This document shows positions 60,501 through 64,000 of a stretch of DNA of 64,000 nucleotides, piece by piece. The stretch is from positions 5,766,001-5,830,000 of the forward strand of contig NC_047016.1 in NCBI RefSeq assembly GCF_902652985.1, given 5' to 3'. The position numbers and the translations under genes were made by a program. The notes beneath the pieces are model-generated. The model had not been told where the DNA came from, ran no database searches, and saw nothing but the letters and a program-made list of their open reading frames with translations. How positions within the stretch are numbered: position 1 is the stretch's first letter; every line of letters begins with the position of its first letter. The DNA is from Pecten maximus. Taxonomy: Eukaryota.

Positions 60501-60608
60501 ATTGAGTTTCGGTGTGACGGAGGAAGACACGCATATTTAAAGTTTGCTTGGATCAAACGGTGTATGTGTAGCCGGAAGTGTCAGAGAAGAAGGAGGAACG
60601 GCGTCTAA
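51406..60608 (+). CDS. CCN: CCN-family matricellular protein, spliced CDS join(51406..51595,52588..52878,55589..55767,60336..60608); 5'-partial, signal-peptide exon unresolved
   Basis: Manual splicing gives one open frame with modules in the order IGFBP-VWC-TSP1-CT, one module per exon, and 12+10+6+10=38 Cys. Intron phases are (0)-1-1-0 and all sites are GT-AG. It cannot be assigned to a vertebrate paralog (CCN1-6) by eye. Confidence 0.95.
51680..51875. repeat. Degenerate ~35-bp tandem repeat in a CCN intron
   Basis: Recurring ggctatgactttcccgttagatgttactttgat-like unit. Confidence 0.75.
52588..52878 (+). CDS. CCN: CCN exon: von Willebrand factor type C module plus hinge
   Basis: Acceptor catcttttgcag| and donor CAAC|gtacgt (phase 1, fits the next exon). 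Translates (A)FVPKTCFVNGKEYKDGEKFKPDCRRLCTCQNGKYGCVNLCPQEDFRPSIEHCPNSRLTEVRDRCCKEWTCYQEQTIKSPRHAALQSANLVLPNDNQ, with the CCxxWxC motif and 10 Cys. Confidence 0.95.
54405..55524 (+). mobile_element. Fragments of Helentron-like non-autonomous element(s) in a CCN intron
   Basis: 5'-type gtgtctgtcgtccgtc microsatellite at about 54445, and 3'-type end gagcgatgcaggccctctgggcttcttgt at 55496-55524. The middle may be unrelated sequence. Confidence 0.5.
55589..55767 (+). CDS. CCN: CCN exon: thrombospondin type-1 module (absent from the ORF track)
   Basis: Acceptor ttacatttcag| and donor TTG|gtaagt. Translates (Q)SQSNTQSSTPGPECREKDKNWSPCSVTCGVGTSTRACGQSERQTRLCYLRPCGMNVTTL, with WSxCSxTCGxG and RLCxxRPC motifs and 6 Cys. 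Confidence 0.95.
57189..57450 (-). repeat. 33-bp minisatellite (about 8 copies), same unit as 2255-2482 but inverted
   Basis: cgatgacacccgccatacaaatctaggtcaaat is the exact reverse complement of the 2255 unit. Confidence 0.95.
57553..58016 (-). repeat. 35-bp minisatellite (about 13 copies) derived from Penelope-like coding sequence
   Basis: Plus-strand unit aacatttccgaacgggatcaaggtgtcgaccatag. The minus strand encodes YGRHLDPVRKC or YGRHIDLIRKC. Confidence 0.95.
59260..59750 (+). mobile_element. Decayed composite SINE-like retroposon (Meta-domain-like middle)
   Basis: aaatgggggttgctactcttacttaacgctcagcattttagg...tagcactatgaag resembles bivalve Meta-type SINE bodies as I recall them. The tail is A/C-rich. 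Confidence 0.55.
60013..60310. mobile_element. Decayed palindromic non-autonomous element abutting the CT-exon acceptor
   Basis: Hairpins aaaaatacactcGC-TAAC-GCtcgtgttttt (core 60165-60182) and cgttgtgtaa...ttacacaacg (60248-60277). Outer boundaries are approximate. Confidence 0.5.
60336..60608 (+). CDS. CCN: CCN terminal exon: C-terminal cystine-knot module (absent from the ORF track)
   Basis: Acceptor tgtatttcag|. Translates GRSKCTPTTRTKHRRHIEYQSSGQNCTSIKPFRMKFCTTCKDNRCCYPKRQQTRDIEFRCDGGRHAYLKFAWIKRCMCSRKCQRRRRNGV*, with 10 Cys, RCCxP and CxC motifs, and TAA at 60606-60608. Confidence 0.95.
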   Translation, partial: GRSKCTPTTRTKHRRHIEYQSSGQNCTSIKPFRMKFCTTCKDNRCCYPKRQQTRDIEFRCDGGRHAYLKFAWIKRCMCSRKCQRRRRNGV

Positions 60609-61937
60609 TTAATACGGAAAGACATAACGAAATGAACTGGATATAGTCAAGCTGTACACCTCCTATACGTTAAGCGTTACGTACAACGTTTATGTACATA
60701 ATAACGATGTTGATGCATTGTCTCCAGGTTGACGTACATACCGATATAATGAATATAGTGAATGTTGAGTGTTTGAACTAAAAAATATATCTGAAACATT
60801 TCAATGGGATGAACGTCGGCTTATGATCTCAATTAGGTTGTTAAGATAAAAATCATTACGGATGCACCAATGTGGATACTTTTAATATTGCATACTTTGT
60901 GCAGTTGCAACATGGAGAGGCAATAGGCTCTCGTTAGTTGTGTTATAAAAGGTTGTATTAAATAATATCTTGTAATCTGATTGATAACACTAATCCCAAA
61001 CATTACATGCGACATTTCTTGTCGTAAAATAGTGATCCAATGTCTGTGGTAAAATGGTTTCCTAACTTTTTATTGGGTTTACAAACATGATCTTTGGATT
61101 ATTGTGTCACTTAATTGTTCACGCGGTGAAAAGTACTTGTCACTTATTTTAAAGTTCACTGTCAGCGTATGAGATGTTGAGACGACGGATACGTTATCAT
61201 TTTCTATAGAGAATTTATACAATCGATAAAATACCTTATTGGTGCTCACACTACTAGTACACTACAACTTGGGTAGACGTAAACCAAGATGCAATTATTT
61301 TTAGTTAACGAGGCACATTAATAAGTATGGTTGACGGTTTACAATCTATCGTAGGTATCGTATCATGTCTACGTCAGCCACTTCTCATATTAGTTCATTA
61401 GTGGAATATCGAGAATATGATGGATACGTGCCTCTTGTGTCAACACGTATCTTAATTGATCTAAACAGTTACAACACAGTGAACTAACGTTTTCTGTATG
61501 TGGTTATACACATGTAGTCCTACATTCAATCCTCTCTATGTTTTGTATATATATATATAATATCATAATAGACTTCATAATCCTCTATGGGTATATCTTC
61601 ATTTAATTTCTGTCAAATCTGCTCAGTTACGACACCAATTCATAAGTAGTATTGATAAACATTAAAAACAGAACGTGAGATAACCCTGCAAGTTACATCT
61701 CCGAATGATAAACAGAAAAATATTTTTATGAATGCCGAGAGGATTCACCCCCCGATGCATGGTGGACTTAAACGTTAACCTATCTTTAATTTATGTCTAA
61801 CAGATCTAGACACACGTTAAATCTGCAAGTCGTAGATAATGTTGTGATTTTACCAACTCATTTCCTTGGCCGTCGCGGCAGTACGTCTGATCGATTTTGA
61901 CTTCTGATGCATTCATCGCATGTCTGTTATTCGTTAA

Positions 61938-61943
61938 AATAAA
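61938..61943 (+). terminator. Candidate polyadenylation signal of the CCN gene
   Basis: First AATAAA I located downstream of the stop codon, implying a 3'UTR of about 1.3 kb. ATTAAA variants occur earlier. Confidence 0.3.
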
Positions 61944-62284
61944 CCAGTTTGCGCATGCCTCTATGACATAAGTTCGGCGGCTTATTTACGTATAGAGAGT
62001 GGAGTACCGCATTAGAGAAACATGATAGTTTCCTTGCTTTAATGATTGCAATTATGAAAAACTATGGTATTGATTCTCACATTAAATCATTATGTTATGT
62101 CCTATCATTTAACATATTTTAGTAATTTTGTCAAAATGTATGTGTTACGGAAACACAGACAGATTATAATACTACTGTAAATGCAGATGGATATAATGTG
62201 TGCATATAGGACGTGGAATATATGAAATTGTCATCGCGTGTTGACGTCCAAACAAAGTTGCACGTGACTTGTTTACGTCTACTG

Positions 62285-62652
62285 CTGTAATACATGGGAT
62301 GTTGACATTATACTACCATAACGTATGACGTGTTTTCATCATATTACAGTAGCACATGGCGTAGGAACGTTATAATAAAGTAACACGAGCACATGGCGTA
62401 GGAACGTTATAATACAGTAACACGTGCCGTATTGACGTCATACTTCAATAACCCGTGACATGTTGACATATTACCACAGTAACAAGTGGCGTGATGACGT
62501 CATTCTGCAAAACACGTAGCGTGTTGGCATACTACAGTAACATACGACGTATCGACTTAATACCTCAGTAACATATGGCAGTTTGACGTCACACTACAGT
62601 AACACGTCACGTGTGGACGTCATATTACAGTAACACATAGCGTATTGACGAC
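62285..62652. repeat. Degenerate tandem repeat of about 30-35 bp
   Basis: Recurring acagtaacacgtg...ttgacgtcata pattern. Confidence 0.75.
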
Positions 62653-62656
62653 ATTT

Positions 62657-62775
62657 AAGCATTGAACTGCTTTTCAGTTGGCAGTTATTGGATGATAATG
62701 CCAACTGTATGTAATGTTTTTGTCCAGTTGCCATTATCAGTCAAATAACTGCTAATAGAAAGCAGTTCAGTGCTT
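62657..62775. mobile_element. 119-bp imperfect palindromic element sharing termini with 5527-5690
   Basis: Termini aagcattgaactg...cagttcagtgctt. Inner arms gcagttattggatgataatgccaactg and cagttgccattatcagtcaaataactgc. Confidence 0.75.
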
Positions 62776-64000
62776 GCATTTATTATGTGTGATTTTTTTA
62801 AAATCACTATGATTAATGGAATGCAAGTTCCCCGCCTTTCTCGGCTGTGAGCCTGTTCATAGCTCTACCATGTTGTTCTACGCAAAAACAAAGTGCGTAA
62901 GACAAAAGAAAATCAGACAAGAATAACCAATGAAATACAAATATTTAATGTAAAAAATAATAATCATGAAAAAATAAAATATGAACAAAAGGGAAATGTG
63001 CGTTTAATTTATTTCCCACAACTGCGGTGTGCTTCATTTGGTACATTATTAATGTTCCGGTTTGCAGTTGATGAGATGATAATGTTCTACAACTGTTGGT
63101 AAGGTTATATATTGACAATGCCATAGAGTGGTAAAACTACCAAAGTATTTTAAGGCGTATTGAAGACATACTATCGTTACACGTGACGTGTTCACGTCAT
63201 ACTACACTATTTACATTTCCGGTATGTGTTCGTTATATGACCTTACTAACGAAAAATCGTTAATAGGTGTGTAAACTTCTAATTCGACGCGAAGGAATAG
63301 CCGGAACCCAGTGCACACATGCGAAATTAGTGTGGATACGTAACGACTAGTTTCGTTTTCTGTTTCGATTTTTCCAGCTAATTATGAATGGAATATTGTA
63401 TAATTAAATAAGCATAACGGTGAAACAAAGAATTGTTAGAAATATCTTACAGGAATCATAAAACGATGTTCATGTAGAAATGTATTTTGTTTATTCCTGT
63501 AGTTGACAACCTTTCCCACTAAATTCGAATAAGCTGTTTAGAGTTTCCATTAATTGTCCGGCTGTTACGTCAATTCGTAAAACCCAGCAAAAAGAATGCC
63601 GATTTGTTGTTTTGTTAACTTTACTAACGTTTTTAAAAAAAAATACAGATATTTTTTAAAGGACGTTCATCATGTTGAAATATCTGTAAAAGAAATGCAG
63701 TTTACACACGAGTAAACGACAAAAAATAGTCCTTAAGTAACATCTGACATTGCACTACTTACATCTAGTTTGTTGATACATATACTACACCTACTCCTGT
63801 CACCTTCAGCAATATATCGCGTCTTTACGTCATACGACATTTACACCTGTCGCTATATACATAATAGATATTTAGTAACACTTGGGTTGATATCAATTGA
63901 ATTTAGATTTTTAAACATACCACCGCATGTTTTATGTGTTTTAGCCAAGAATAGCAATTGTATCAATTGTATCAATATCAGTTGTGTACTATTTTCATTG

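Noticed and set aside
60309-60530. Minus-strand ORFs overlapping CCN exons (also 52571-52786 and 55556-55744)
   Set aside because: They are antisense shadows of real plus-strand coding exons.
62285-62652. Multiple TGACGTCA (CRE) sites as a downstream enhancer
   Set aside because: They are part of a degenerate tandem repeat unit, and the octamer also occurs scattered elsewhere in the window, so there is no independent support.

Overview
This is AT-rich animal genomic DNA, not prokaryotic. The repeat repertoire (tRNA-headed SINEs, Helentron-like satellite elements, Penelope-like RT remnants) points to a bivalve mollusc, but that is an inference. I can support one host gene, which the ORF track shows only as fragments: a spliced, + strand CCN-family (CYR61/CTGF/NOV/WISP-type) matricellular protein. 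Its coding exons are 51406-51595 (IGFBP), 52588-52878 (VWC + hinge), 55589-55767 (TSP1) and 60336-60608 (CT knot + stop). All joins are in frame with GT-AG sites, and all 38 canonical cysteines are present. The signal-peptide exon is unresolved. The remaining ~50 kb holds dead retroelements (two Penelope-like, one CR1-like, one L2/Crack-like), SINEs, palindromic non-autonomous elements, about 20 minisatellites and an assembly gap at 42103-42453. There is no CRISPR array and no intact transposon ORF. I found no demonstrably new biological system. The best leads are the non-canonical TSP1 and CT modules of the CCN protein, a possible CT-less isoform exon, minisatellites born inside Penelope-like elements, hairpin elements sharing an apex motif, and a short covarying hairpin motif present twice.
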